A stretch of 64,000 nt of DNA from Octopus bimaculoides (lineage: Eukaryota). The notes under the pieces are model-generated. The model ran no database searches. It was not told where the DNA came from and saw nothing but the letters and a program-made list of their open reading frames with translations. Location: positions 22,258,703 through 22,322,702 of the forward strand of contig NC_069003.1 in NCBI RefSeq assembly GCF_001194135.2, written 5' to 3'. Position numbers and translations under genes: made by a program. The stretch's first letter is position 1, and the number at the start of each line of letters is the position of its first letter. Shown here piece after piece: positions 26,501 to 39,800 of this stretch.

Positions 26501-28617
26501 AATTCACAAGAATCCAAATGATGCCAAATACCATTGTCTTCTTATGTCGTAGCTTGCTTGCTTGTAATTTTCAAGGGTGTTTTTTTTTTTTAATCTTTAC
26601 TCAGAGTACGACGACTCGGTAAAAGATAATGATGACATAGAAGAAGCCAATGGTGACCCCAGTCATGGCACACAAGCATCAATGCCAACCAGTGCACCAG
26701 GGAGGCACAAGAAGGAATTCTTCAAAAAGGTATCTGCACTACTACTACTACTACTGCAACTACTACCACCAGCACTACTACTGCTGCTATGACCACCACC
26801 ATCATCACAACTACTACCACTACTACTACTACCACCATCACCACTATTACCTATTCTACTACTGCAACCACCACCACCACCACTACTACTACCACCGTCA
26901 CCATCACCACTATTATCTATACTACTACTGCAACCACTACCACCACCACTACTACTACTACCACCGCCATCACCACTATTACCTATACTACTACTGCCAC
27001 CACTACCACTACCACTACTACTACTACCACCGCCACCATCACCACTACTACTACTACCACCGCCACCATCACCACTATTACCTATACTACTACTGCCACC
27101 ACTACCACTACCACTACTACTACTACCACCACCACCATCACCTATACTACTACTGCAACCACTACCACTACTACTACTACTACCACCATCACCACCACTA
27201 CCACTGTTACTACTGCAACTATGACTACTACTCCTACCACCACCACTATCACCACCTCTACTACAACTTCTACCACTACAACTAATATTACTACCACCAC
27301 CACTACTCAACACCATTATCATNNNNNNNNNNNNNNNNNNNNNNNNNNNNNNNNNNNNNNNNNNNNNNNNNNNNNNNNNNNNNNNNNNNNNNNNNNNNNN
27401 NNNNNNNNNNNNNNNNNNNNNNNNNNNNNNNNNNNNNNNNNNNNNNNNNNNNNNNNNNNNNNNNNNNNNNNNNNNNNNNNNNNNNNNNNNNNNNNNNNNN
27501 NNNNNNNNNNNNNNNNNNNNNNNNNNNNNNNNNNNNNNNNNNNNNNNNNNNNNNNNNNNNNNNNNNNNNNNNNNNNAGGTTAACCCATTACCTCCCATAA
27601 TTCTATTAACTGGAATTTTTTTATGAAACTTTGATTTCTAGCATAAAACAGCCTTAGAAACATGCTGGAATGATCAAAATAACATTTCAAAGTAACTTTT
27701 AAATAGAACATTTTAAATAGAAATAAGCGAGATATTGGGTGAAAAATTAGCAAACCTCATTTGAATATCAGAGAAATATACCTAGTAGATATAGCAAAAA
27801 GGTTAGATATGTGTAAATATTGACAGATAATTACGAAATTTGTAATTTTTAAGTGATCTCATATGAGATCACTGGTAGGTAATGGGTTAAATAATGCTTC
27901 TGCCTGCAGCCCAAAACTCTGGCTTGTAAATTTGACAACTGCCCTCCTGAGAAAGCAAGCGTGTCAGATAATGCAGATACTGTAGCTGTTGAGGCATAGA
28001 ATCCATGTTCTTTACAGACTGTACTGACATTAGGTGCCTTTTTTGTTTTTTTCTTTGTTGCACCAGCACCAGGGAGGTTACAAGACTTAAGGGATCTCTT
28101 GACCGAGAGGGAGAAAAGAAAAGAAGGGGTGACTTTCTGTAAGGTGTTGAGAGGTTGATGTATGATGGGAAGAACAGGGACAGGTCTATTATTGCAGAGG
28201 AGGGGTGGATTGGTGGCAAGATGCCTAAGCATGTTCTTAATGGCAACATGTCCAAGAAAGTAAATGAAAGAGAGCATGGAGACAGAAAGATGGATTGGAT
28301 CGAGAGCAGGATAGGGAAATAAAGGTGGGAGGGAAGAATGATTGATGAATAGAAATAGGGCTGGTGGTGTAGCGAGGTGTAAGAAGGGAGTGAATGTAGG
28401 GAACAGTGAACAAGTGATAGGGTTAGGTATAAAAATAAACATACATAGTGCAGGAGTGGCTGTGTGGTAAGTAGCTTGCTTACCAACCACATGGCTCCAG
28501 GTTCATTCCCACTGCATAGCACCTTGGGCAAGTGTCTTCTACTATAGCCTCGGGCCGACCAAAGCCTTGTGAGTGGATTTGTTAGACGGAAACTGAAAGA
28601 AGCCCATCGTATATATA

Positions 28618-28663
<46 letters not shown>

Positions 28664-30745
28664 GGAGTAAGCACATGAAATGTGCAACAAGGTGGAAAAA
28701 AGTGTACTACTATATATGTATGTGTGTGTATATGTTTATGTGTCTGTGTTTGTCCCCCCAACATCGCTTGACAACCGATGCTGGTGTGTTACGTCCCTGT
28801 AACTTAGCGGTTCGGCAAAAGTGACCGATAGAATAAGTACTAGGCTTCCAAAGAATAAATCCTGGGGTTGATTTGCTTGACTAAAGGCGGTGCTCCAGCA
28901 TGGCCGCAGTCAAATGACTGAAACAAGTAAAAGAGTAAGAGAGTATACACATTGTAAAACAAACTTGTTGACATAACTTCTGCTTTCAGAATGCCCAGTT
29001 CATGGAAGGTGTAAGAGGAGTATATCCTGTTGAAGACCAGTCTCTTCTGTCCAGCATACAGCGCAAATGCCAAGACATGTGTGGATGGAAGTTGTAAGTT
29101 GAGAGGGTTTTTTTAAAATTTATTTCATCTTTGATAGTTGTTTTTTTTTTAGTTGTTTATTTCTTTGAGTTTAATTTTCATCATCATTTAATCTTTTAGT
29201 ATTCAGAGTTATTCTGTTAAATGAAATGCTTATTTATTCACATTGCTTTTAATTAATCATACATGCGTAATCGTTACCAGCATCGCCTTCTAGGACTTGT
29301 GCTGGTGGCATGTTAGAAAATCATTCGAGCGAGGTCGTTGCCAGTGCCGCTGGACTGGCTCCCGTGCAGGTGGCACGTAAAAAACACCTTTTGAGCGAGG
29401 CCGTTGCCAGTACCATGTGACTGGCCCTCGTGCTGGTGGCACATAAAAGCACCCACTACACTCTCGGAGTGGTTGGCATTAGGAAGGGCATCCAGCTGTA
29501 GAAACGCTGCCAGATCAGATTGGAGCCTGGTGCAGCCTTCTGGCTTGCTAGTCCTCATTCAAATCGTCCAACCCATGNNNNNNNNNNCCGTTGCCAGTAC
29601 CATGTGACTGGCCCTCGTGCTGGTGGCACATAAAAGCACCCACTACACTCTCGGAGTGGTTGGCATTAGGAAGGGCATCCAGCTGTAGAAACGCTGCCAG
29701 ATCAGATTGGAGCCTGGTGCAGCCTTCTGGCTTGCTAGTCCTCATTCAAATCGTCCAACCCATGCTAGCATGGAAAGCAGACGTTAAACGATGATGATGA
29801 TGATGATGATGATGATACATGATATAGTAGCTCTGAGATTTTTGATGAATGTGATTGTTTATTTTTAGAATGACATTACAGGGTAGGTGTGAGAAGCCAG
29901 ATCTGTTTGAACATTAAACAGAATATTTGGGCCAGATATGGCTGGTTTAAATACTAAAGGATTAATATTCATTTTACCATGCTTGCATGGGTCAGATGGA
30001 GTTTGAGGCAGATGTTCAACAACCAGATACCCTTCCTGTCACCAACCTTTGCACATTTCCAAGCAAAGTAATATTTCCCCATGGCCAGAACATATTTTCC
30101 ACCGAAGACTGGAGATGAACAACACCCCTTTGTATGACAGAGATGCTCACTTACGACCATAACCTGATATCAAAACAAGTGAACTACTATGAGTTTCTGT
30201 CTATCAAATTCACTCACAAGGCTTTGCTCGGCTTTGGTATATTGTAGAAGAGACACTTGCCTAAGGTGCTACTCAGTAGGACTGAAACCCAAGTCACATG
30301 GTTGGGAAGCAAATTTCTTAACAATAAAACCACACCTACCCTCAAGTTAGCCTTAATTTCATTTAGTTGGTATGGCTGTACACAGGGACACTTTCTGCAT
30401 GTTAAAATAGCATTGTATTTACTGATGATTTGTAATTTGTTTTTGTTGTTTGGCTGTACTCAGGGACGCCTTCTGCATGTTAAAACAACAGTTAAGTGTT
30501 GATTGTATTTACTGGTAATTTGTTTTTGTTTTCTTTTCTTCAGTTCTGGGTTTCCTGGCTCCCAACCAGTGTCAATGGACATAAACAATCTCATCTACCT
30601 CAAGCAGAAACCATACAAAGTTAGCTGGAAAGCTGATGGAACAAGGTCAGTTAAACTCATTTCCACAGTGAACTGTTTGCTACACAACTGCTACTCGTAG
30701 TAATGATGGTGTTTTATGTATGTCTATGCATCCATCCATCTCTCT

Positions 30746-30785
<40 letters not shown>

Positions 30786-32173
30786 GACTTACTTGCAAAA
30801 TAGGACGTGTGCGTTCAATAATGTAATAATACAAAGAATATATATACATGTATACACACATATATGTACATACTTACATCTACATGTGTATATACATGCA
30901 TATCAGGGTACAGGACGTTAGAACAATAAACNNNNNNNNNNNNNNNNNNNNNNNNNNNNNNNNNNNNNNNNNNNNNNNNNNNNNNNNNNNNNNNNNNNNN
31001 NNNNNNNNNNNNNNNNNNNNNNNNNNNNNNNNNNNNNNNNNNNNNNNNNNNNNNNNNNNNNNNNNNNNNNNNNNNNNNNNNNNNNNNNNNNNNNNNNNNN
31101 NNNNNNNNNNNNNNNNNNNNNNNNNNNNNNNNNNNNNNNNNNNNNNNNNNNNNNNNNNNNNNNNNNNNNNNNNNNNNNNNNNNNNNNNNNNNNNNNNNNN
31201 NNNNNNNNNNNNNNNNNNNNNNNNNNNNNNNNNNNNNNNNNNNNNNNNNNNNNNNNNNNNNNNNNNNNNNNNNNNNNNNNNNNNNNNNNNNNNNNNNNNN
31301 NNNNNNNNNNNNNNNNNNNNNNNNNNNNNNNNNNNNNNNNNNNNNNNNNNNNNNNNNNNNNNNNNNNNNNNNNNNNNNNNNNNNNNNNNNNNNNNNNNNN
31401 NNNNNNNNNNNNNNNNNNNNNNNNNNNNNNNNNNNNNNNNNNNNNNNNNNNNNNNNNNNNNNNNNNNNNNNNNNNNNNNNNNNNNNNNNNNNNNNNNNNN
31501 NNNNNNNNNNNNNNNNNNNNNNNNNNNNNNNNNNNNNNNNNNNNNNNNNNNNNNNNNNNNNNNNNNNNNNNNNNNNNNNNNNNNNNNNNNNNNNNNNNNN
31601 NNNNNNNNNNNNNNNNNNNNNNNNNNNNNNNNNNNNNNNNNNNNNNNNNNNNNNNNNNNNNNNNNNNNNNNNNNNNNNNNNNNNNNNNNNNNNNNNNNNN
31701 NNNNNNNNNNNNNNNNNNNNNNNNNNNNNNNNNGTTTCAGGGAAAAGCCAATGTATCCCTTCATCGGAGACGGTAATAGTAGAGGAATGGATTATTACAT
31801 CTATAAGAGGAGATTTGTAGTAAGAAGTGAGAGCAATGCGCTGAAAAAAGAACAAAGAAGAAACAGTACTTGGAGTGTAGCTTCATTCCAGCAGTAAACA
31901 TCCATGTAAAGAATCCTTGTGGGTATTTTCCGGAGATATTTGTAGTAGTAAAGGTCGATATATATCATATCGTATCCGGAGTACTCTGTGCGTTGTTTAC
32001 TCAAAGGATAGCCCGAATCAAGTGAGAGGTGTGTGTAGGGTTAAGAGGTCAAGCCTTAAGACAGGAACTCATGTTTATACAACGACAGGGGCAAAACTAG
32101 CCGGTATACAGCACTTACTCAGTATTACTTGTATCTTTGGGTTTGGTTGACTCCAATACCTTTCATAACCTTT

Positions 32174-32234
<61 letters not shown>

Positions 32235-33225
32235 GTCTAGTGATTAAGGTGTTGAACTCTTGGTTATGAGATTGTGAATTCAATTACTGGGGCAGCGGAT
32301 TCATTATATTTTCAAGCAGGGAATCTTTTTCCGTATTGTTGCAGCCTATTCGGCTAAAAATGAATACCAGTTAAGGGATCATGCAGCCCTCCCTTCATAT
32401 CTTCGCTGCTCCATTTGGGTAAAGGGCAAGAGGGACAAGAGAGTATCTATGCCTGCTTGTTACTATATGGACACCTAACACAATCAGCAGATATGACTTG
32501 TTGCTTGCAAGTAATGGCTATGGTTTTGTGTGTGTGTGTGTGTTAGTTCATCATCATCCTTTATCATCTGTGTTCCATATTGGCATGGGTTGGACGGTTT
32601 GACCAGAGCTGGCAAGAGGAGTTCTGTATCAGGTTCCAGTCTGATTTGGTTTGGTTTCTATGGCTGGATGTCCTTCCTAACACCACCCACTTTACAGTGT
32701 GTGCTGAGAGCTTTTTAACATAGCACTGGCATGCGTGCTTTTACGTGGTGCCCTGCACAAGTGCTGTTATGTGATGCTGACATGGGTGTTTATGTGGTGC
32801 CAGCACAGGCACTTTTAAGGTGTTTTTTTTACATGCACTGGCACAAGGCTCTTGCAGGCCAATCCTACACACACACACACACACAGAGTATACTGTTCAA
32901 TTATTTGTAGGATCATCAAAAATGTGCTCAATCCAGTTAGAGATAAGTATCATTTAATGAATACAGGAGTTATATCTGAGCTGCTTCAAGTTTCAGCTTG
33001 GATAGTGCAACAATCAGATGGACTTGTACATGCATACAATGCATGATCCAGCAATAGTTCATCACCGTGCATGGTAAGCTGTACATGCTTATCTAATTAC
33101 TGCACTATCCAAACATGAAACTTGAAATAGCTCATGTATAACAGCTATATTCATTAAATGATATGTGTGTGTGTATATATATATAATAAGACTGTGTTTG
33201 TATGTTTTTTATATATATATATATT

Positions 33226-33258
<33 letters not shown>

Positions 33259-36200
33259 TCTTTTACTGATTTCAATCACTAGACTGTGGCCATGCTGGGG
33301 CACTGCCTTGAAGAAACTTTTTTAGTTGAATTGATCGACCCCAATACTTTTTTTTTAAGCCTGATATTTATGTATATGGATGTGTGTGTGTGTGTGTGTC
33401 TTTGTGTCTGTGTTTGTCACCACCACCACCATACAACCAGTGTTGGTGTGTTTACATCCCTGTAACTTAGCAGATCGGCAAAAGAGACTGATAGAATAAG
33501 TACCAGGCTTAAGAACAAAAAAAGTGCTAGAGCTAATTCGTTCAACTAAAATTCTTCAAGGTGGGGCCCCAGCATCACTTCAGTCTAATGACTGGAGTAA
33601 AAGAAAGTTTATATTCACATGTGTGCTCATTGTCTTTAATTTCAGGTACATGGCCCTAATAAATGGCCCTGACAATGTCTATATGATCGACCGTGACAAC
33701 GCTGTGTTCCATGTACCCAATTTACAGTTCCCATCCCGGAAGATTCCATCAGAACATCTCACAGAAACTCTTCTAGATGGTGTAAGTGAATAAATAACTG
33801 TTTCCTATATTGAGAGAGAGAAGGAATGTGTGATACGAAGTATCTTTTTTGGTACATCTTTATATGTCAATCTTCCTTTCCATTTTGTTGTGAATATGTC
33901 AGTCTCAGGACAAAAGACTCAATAGTTTCCATGCTATATATTTAGTCAGGTGTGAAGATGCATGGCCCAGTGGTTAGGTTGTTGAATTTACAGTCATATG
34001 AGGTTCCCGGATTAGTTATGTTTAATAAAGTAACTTATTTGCCTAAGTTTTAACATGATTTCCTTTAAAATAGTCATCTTGCGCAACAATACACCGGTCC
34101 CAGCATTCCTACCACTTTTGGAATCCAGCCTGGAAGTCGTTTTCTGTAAGCGAGTCGAGGACCTTCTGCAATTCGCTCTGGATCTTGACAATGGTGTTAA
34201 AACAATGACCTTTGAGCTGCATTTTCCTTTTGGGGAAGAGATGGAAGTCTACAAGTGCTAAATCTGGTGAATAGGGCAAGTACGGAAGTGATACTGTGTT
34301 GGTTTTGGCAAAAAACACACGAGTGAGGAAAGATCTTGTTGCTTTTGCCGAATGTCCTCTCTCAAACATTTCAAAACGTCGCAATAGAACTCTTGATTGA
34401 CAGTCTGGCCCTGGAGGACGAATTCTCAATGCACAATACCACATTTCCAGGAGTGACACTCGTGGCAGGTCCTTCAGATCACTCATCATCTATCAGGGAT
34501 GGTCTTCTGCTTTTGAAACACCTGTGCGACTCGAAACATTGCATATGACCCATTGCTTTGTTGCTGTAAGTTTGTCCAACCATGCTCAATGTTTCTGTAG
34601 CAGACTTCCCAGGTTTACCACAAAATTTCATGTTGGCTCTTTGTTCTTGTCTATGACAAAGTCGCAGACTACAGCATACATGTGATCACAGAAACATAAA
34701 TTTCATAACTTACTAAGTAAATACAGCGATGTCACTCTTCACACTGCCTCATGATGGTCACTGCTAGTTCTCACTGTGCACTGCCATCTGTTGGCACACT
34801 ACAGAACTAGTCCCAGGAACTTTTTAATACCACCTCATAAGTTTGTTGATTTTATTCCTCAGCTGGGCAACGTGTCATGTGCTTCAGGCACCTTGTTTTA
34901 CATTGCTTCAGCTTACTCAGTGGTAAGAAACTATCTGCACTACCACCACCATCGTCCTCATACTACCACCATCAGTGTCATCACCCACCACCATTTCCAT
35001 TACTACTACTACTACTATTATCATCCTTGCTACCACTGCAATGGTGGTATTCATAATACTAGTAGTGAAGATGGCAGCAATGGTGGTGAGTAATGATGAT
35101 GCTGATGGTAGTGGTGGTAGTGTAGATATTTTCTTACAGAGGCACAAAGCTAACAACTTTGTGGAGGGGGGGGTCAGTTGATACCCCCGCCACCACCACC
35201 AATCCTAGTATTTGATCGGTTATGTTTTATTTGATGTGGATAACAATAATGATTGTTGTGATGATGGTGATAATAGTTACTGGTGGTGGTGGTGGTGGTG
35301 ATGATGATAACAATGATGATGATGATGATTAACTCTATCTTTCCAGGAGATGATCCTTGACAAAGTCGACGACAGAGTGGTACCAAGATATTTAGTCTAT
35401 GATATCGTCAAATTTATGGTAAGGTACATTGTCTTGTTGTATTAACCCCATCCTCCTTCCTCCCCTACCCAGAACCTTCAAAAGAAAGTTTGCCAAGCAA
35501 AGCAATAAAGACAAAACTTATTTCTAGTTCCTAGGCTCAGGAGTGGGTTGGGGGGGGGGGTCCTTAGTGGCTATAAGGTCCCTTCAAATATTCACTGGTT
35601 TCTCCTTGTTTCTCTAGACCCCAGATAAGTATTCTGGTTGTATCTCACCCCTTCTTGTAGCCCAGATTAGTCTTGATTAAAGTCATTCCAAACACAACCA
35701 ACTTGTTTCTCTTAGCATTGGTTCTTATTTCTAGCTCTCTGGATTGACCCTTTTGTTGCCATATTTCTGTTGAAAGACACTGCTTTTGTTTCAATTAATT
35801 TTGAAAATAATTCTGTGTAACACAGTTTTTCTCCTTGAGTAACAACTGTAATTTCCTATTTGCTTACCCCTAGTAAGTGTGAAAAATGGTTAATATTTCC
35901 TTCAAATTTTTCTTTTTGTTACATTTATTCAAATTCCCTCTCAACACATGGCTGTGATGTCCCCCAGTACTCTTGCTCATGATCAGAAATGCACATATCA
36001 TCAGCCACTAAGGGACATGCTCAAGTGGTTATGGTCAAGCAACTGACCAGCAAATCTGTGGTTTTGAGCAGAATATTTGCTACAATGATATTTCTGCTTC
36101 AGCAACTCAGCACTGAATCTGCCTGAGATGTAATGGAAAATAGGTCAGTTTCAAAATATTGCTGTCCACGTCACAAAAAAGCAAAGTTTGAAGGGAATAG

Positions 36201-36779
36201 TAGTCATTTCCTTTAATTTCTGAATGGAAGCAAATAGGAAATAACACTTACTGACCAAAGACAAAAGAAATTTTGTTACACAGTGTAATGAAGCATTTAA
36301 TTAAATAACTTTTACATGATTAAGCTGACGTTTGGAATTGAAATTAATATGAAAATTTGATGGCAGGTTTTAATTTAGAAAATTTTAATACAGAAAGTTT
36401 GTATCATAGAACTGGGGGCAGTATTGGGCAGGTTAGTATGAAAAGGGTTAGTTCAGTGTGTTGGCTAGGGACATAGCAAAGAGGGCAGTGGTCAGTTACA
36501 AACTGGTGCCAGTGATGGTGGTGGATGTCTGCACCATTATCATCATCATTGTTTTAATGTTCACTTTTCCATGCTTGCATGGTTCAGACGGAATTTGCCA
36601 AGGCAGATTTTATAAGGCAACCAGATCTCTTCCTGAGCCAGCCTTCACCTGTTTCCTAGTAAGGTCAGATTAGCTCCATGACCAGGCATGTTTTCCATAG
36701 AAGAGCAGATATGAACGTCACTTGTATGACAGTGATGCTTGTTTGCAAGCATCATGTGATGTCATAACAGGAGTATGCA

Positions 36780-36815
<36 letters not shown>

Positions 36816-39800
36816 GGCTTTTTTTAATTTCCGTCTACCAAATCCACTTGGGAGGTTTTCATCAGCCCAAAACTATAGTAGAAGACACTTACCTAAGGTG
36901 CCACACACTGGGACTGAACCCAGAACCATGCAGTTGCGAAACAAGCCTCTTACTACTCAGTTATGCCTGTGCCATTGTTGATGAGAATAACTTATAACAG
37001 TATAGTGGTGGTGGTGGTGGCGACGATGGTGATTATTTATTTATTTTTTATCTGTTTCATTTCAGGGTAAAGATGTTGGCGGCACCGACTTTGAGCGCCG
37101 GCTTCTGTGTATCAAGAAGGAGATTATTGAACCAAGACATTCACGGATGATTGAGGGGCTTCTTGACAAAACTAAAGAACCATTCAGCGTACGAGCTAAA
37201 GATTTCTGGGATATCAGCATCTCAAGAAAGGTGCGTAACAAGACAGCTTTGCACTTCCATTAACCTTTCTTTAGATCAAAAATATTCCAGCCATCTTTTT
37301 GTATATTTAGGACTACATTATGCAATGCATCCTTTTTTTTTTTCATTTTTTAAAACAGTTGGTGTGACGTGAAGGAGATTTAGCTGCTATTTCTAGCAGG
37401 TTCAGCAACCACATAGTAACCACCTCAATGGATCTATTAACATTTGTTGTTATTCTTTTGTCACAGGTTCAACCCTGATTGAGCTGACTTACGATCAAAG
37501 ACATTCCAGCCGTAACCATCCCATCATTATGCTATGTACAGGGAACCCAAGAATATATTTTCTAAGATGGGGTGAGGCAGGGGATGATTTTAGAGAAATT
37601 TGGCTGTTATTTCTAGCAGGTCAAGTTACATTTGAGACTCCCTCATTGAATATATCAATACTTGTAGTTGCTGTTTATCCCATGTCAACTTTGATCTAAC
37701 ACACCTATGATAGGCATTCCAGCCATGACCACATTATCTAGTGTGTCCTTTAGTGAGTCAGTGAGTTTCAGTTTGCTATTTCTGGCAAGTCAAGTGACCT
37801 CATAGAGGATCAACTGTTTGGCTTTGTTAACAACTAGTTGCTAACCTTATATAAATTTTACCTTGGCTGGAAAGCTAAAAAATAACAACTTGTTGCTAAT
37901 GTTATGCAAATGTTACTTGGGGAAGGAAGCTGGAACAAAAATAGCTAGTTGTTAACTTTATATACTGTATTTCTGGTCATATAAGGCACACAAGCTCACC
38001 CCAATTTTGGTAGGCCTAATCTATGAATAAAAAAAACTGCAGTTAACCCCAAATCCCCAAGTCTCACATTTTCATGTATAGGAACCATGAAAATTAAGAC
38101 TGACACCCTGTGGTAAGCTATTATGGTAGACTAATTTACAATACTTACATTAACACTAACAAATATCACCACCAACCTCCACTGTTACCAATATTGTCCA
38201 TTGTTAATAATAACTCTAACCAAGTCTACCTAAAGTCTGATCTTCAGCATATAAGGTGCAGGGTAACTTTAGGGGGTAATGGTTTTGAAAAAAGCGTGCC
38301 TTACATGCAGAAAATACAGTATATGTTACTTCATTATTGTTGCTAATAATTGTTATGTTTGAGTTTTGTTTATTTTATGTTTTTTTCTTTCAGTTACTGG
38401 ATGGTAAATTTACAAGTGAAGTTAGCCATGAAGTCGATGGCCTCATCTTCCAGCCAGCTGGTGAGGTAGGTACTATTACTCCTACCACAATCACACTACT
38501 ACTCTCTCTCATGGGTTAGGCAAGTTTTCTGGGGCTGTGTTGCCACTCCTTTTACAACATACAACTCATATATTTTACAATACACACACACGTGTGTGTA
38601 TGTGTGTGCATGCACACAGGCTTCTGTACAGTGTCTATGCACCAAATTTAAGCAAGTTTCTTCTGCTATAGCCCCAAGTCAACCAATTCCTTATGAGTTT
38701 ATTTGGTAGATAGAAATTAAAAGAAGCCTGTCATTGAACATTCAATGATGATGATGATTATGTGTGTGTGTGTCCGTCCTCGTTCTGACATCACTGTTGT
38801 AAAATGAACATCATACAAGTGATGTGATTCATTTTCAATCATCCATGAAAACGTATCTGGCTAAGAGAAATATTAAAATATTACTTTGTTTGGAAAGAAG
38901 TGAAAGTTGCTAGCAGGAAGTGCATCCAGCCATAGGAAACCTTCAACAAATTCCATCTGAGCCATGCCTGGATGGAAAAGTGAATTGTTAAAAAGAATAA
39001 AAAGTTTTGAATGGTACAACAATGCACTATCATACAAACAATGGGCTCTATACCTGTTGTAATTTAGTCATCCATGGTCTGATGATATTTTGGAATAAAA
39101 TTCCTTCTTCAGATATTCTTAGATGGAATCGTTGCTATAATCAAATTGTAAAAACAGTGATGGTGATGATGATGATACTTATGTATATTTGTGTGTGCGT
39201 GTGCGTGCGTGCGTGTGTGAGGGAGAGAGAGAGATTCAGTGACATTTCCTGGCAATATGCCATGCTTAGGAAGGGCCGTCAAGCCAAGTGAAATCATAGT
39301 CATGACCGATGCTGGTGTTACGTAACTGGCACTCGTGCTGGTGGCACATAAGAAGCACCTTTCAAGCAGTGGTCCTCACGGAGGCAATGTGGCCGATGCC
39401 GGTGTCGCGTAACTAGCAGCCATGTCAGTGGCACATAAAAAGCACCTTTCGAGTGTTGGGCCTCATGGGAGCAATGACAAATGACTGAGATCTGTGGCAA
39501 TATGCCTTGCTTGAGTAGAAAATCCATCAAGCCAAGTGAAATCGTAGTCATGGCACGTAAAAGCACCCATTACACTCTTAGAGTGATTGACATTAGAAAG
39601 GGTGTCCAACTGTAGGGACCATGCCAAAATCAGGCTGGAGTCTGGTGCAGCCCCTCAGCTTACCATCTCTTGTTAAACTGTCCAACCTAAGCCAGCATGG
39701 ACAACAGATGTTGATGATGATGAAGATGATGAATCATCCAGAAGCTCTACACTTTCAAATTTCTTTACAATAAAAAAAAAATTCTACTTGAGAAACAATG

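Noticed and set aside
26650-27598. Long poly-Thr, His/Tyr-rich and Gly/Ser-rich ORFs (mucin- or antifreeze-like)
   Set aside because: Translations of a trinucleotide tract inside RNGTT intron 8, partly made of Ns; only 26605-26729 is exon.
29401-29764. Apparent 177-bp tandem duplication (duplicate ORFs 29313/29548 and 29404/29591)
   Set aside because: 29401-29577 and 29588-29764 are identical and separated by exactly 10 Ns, typical of unmerged overlapping contig ends.
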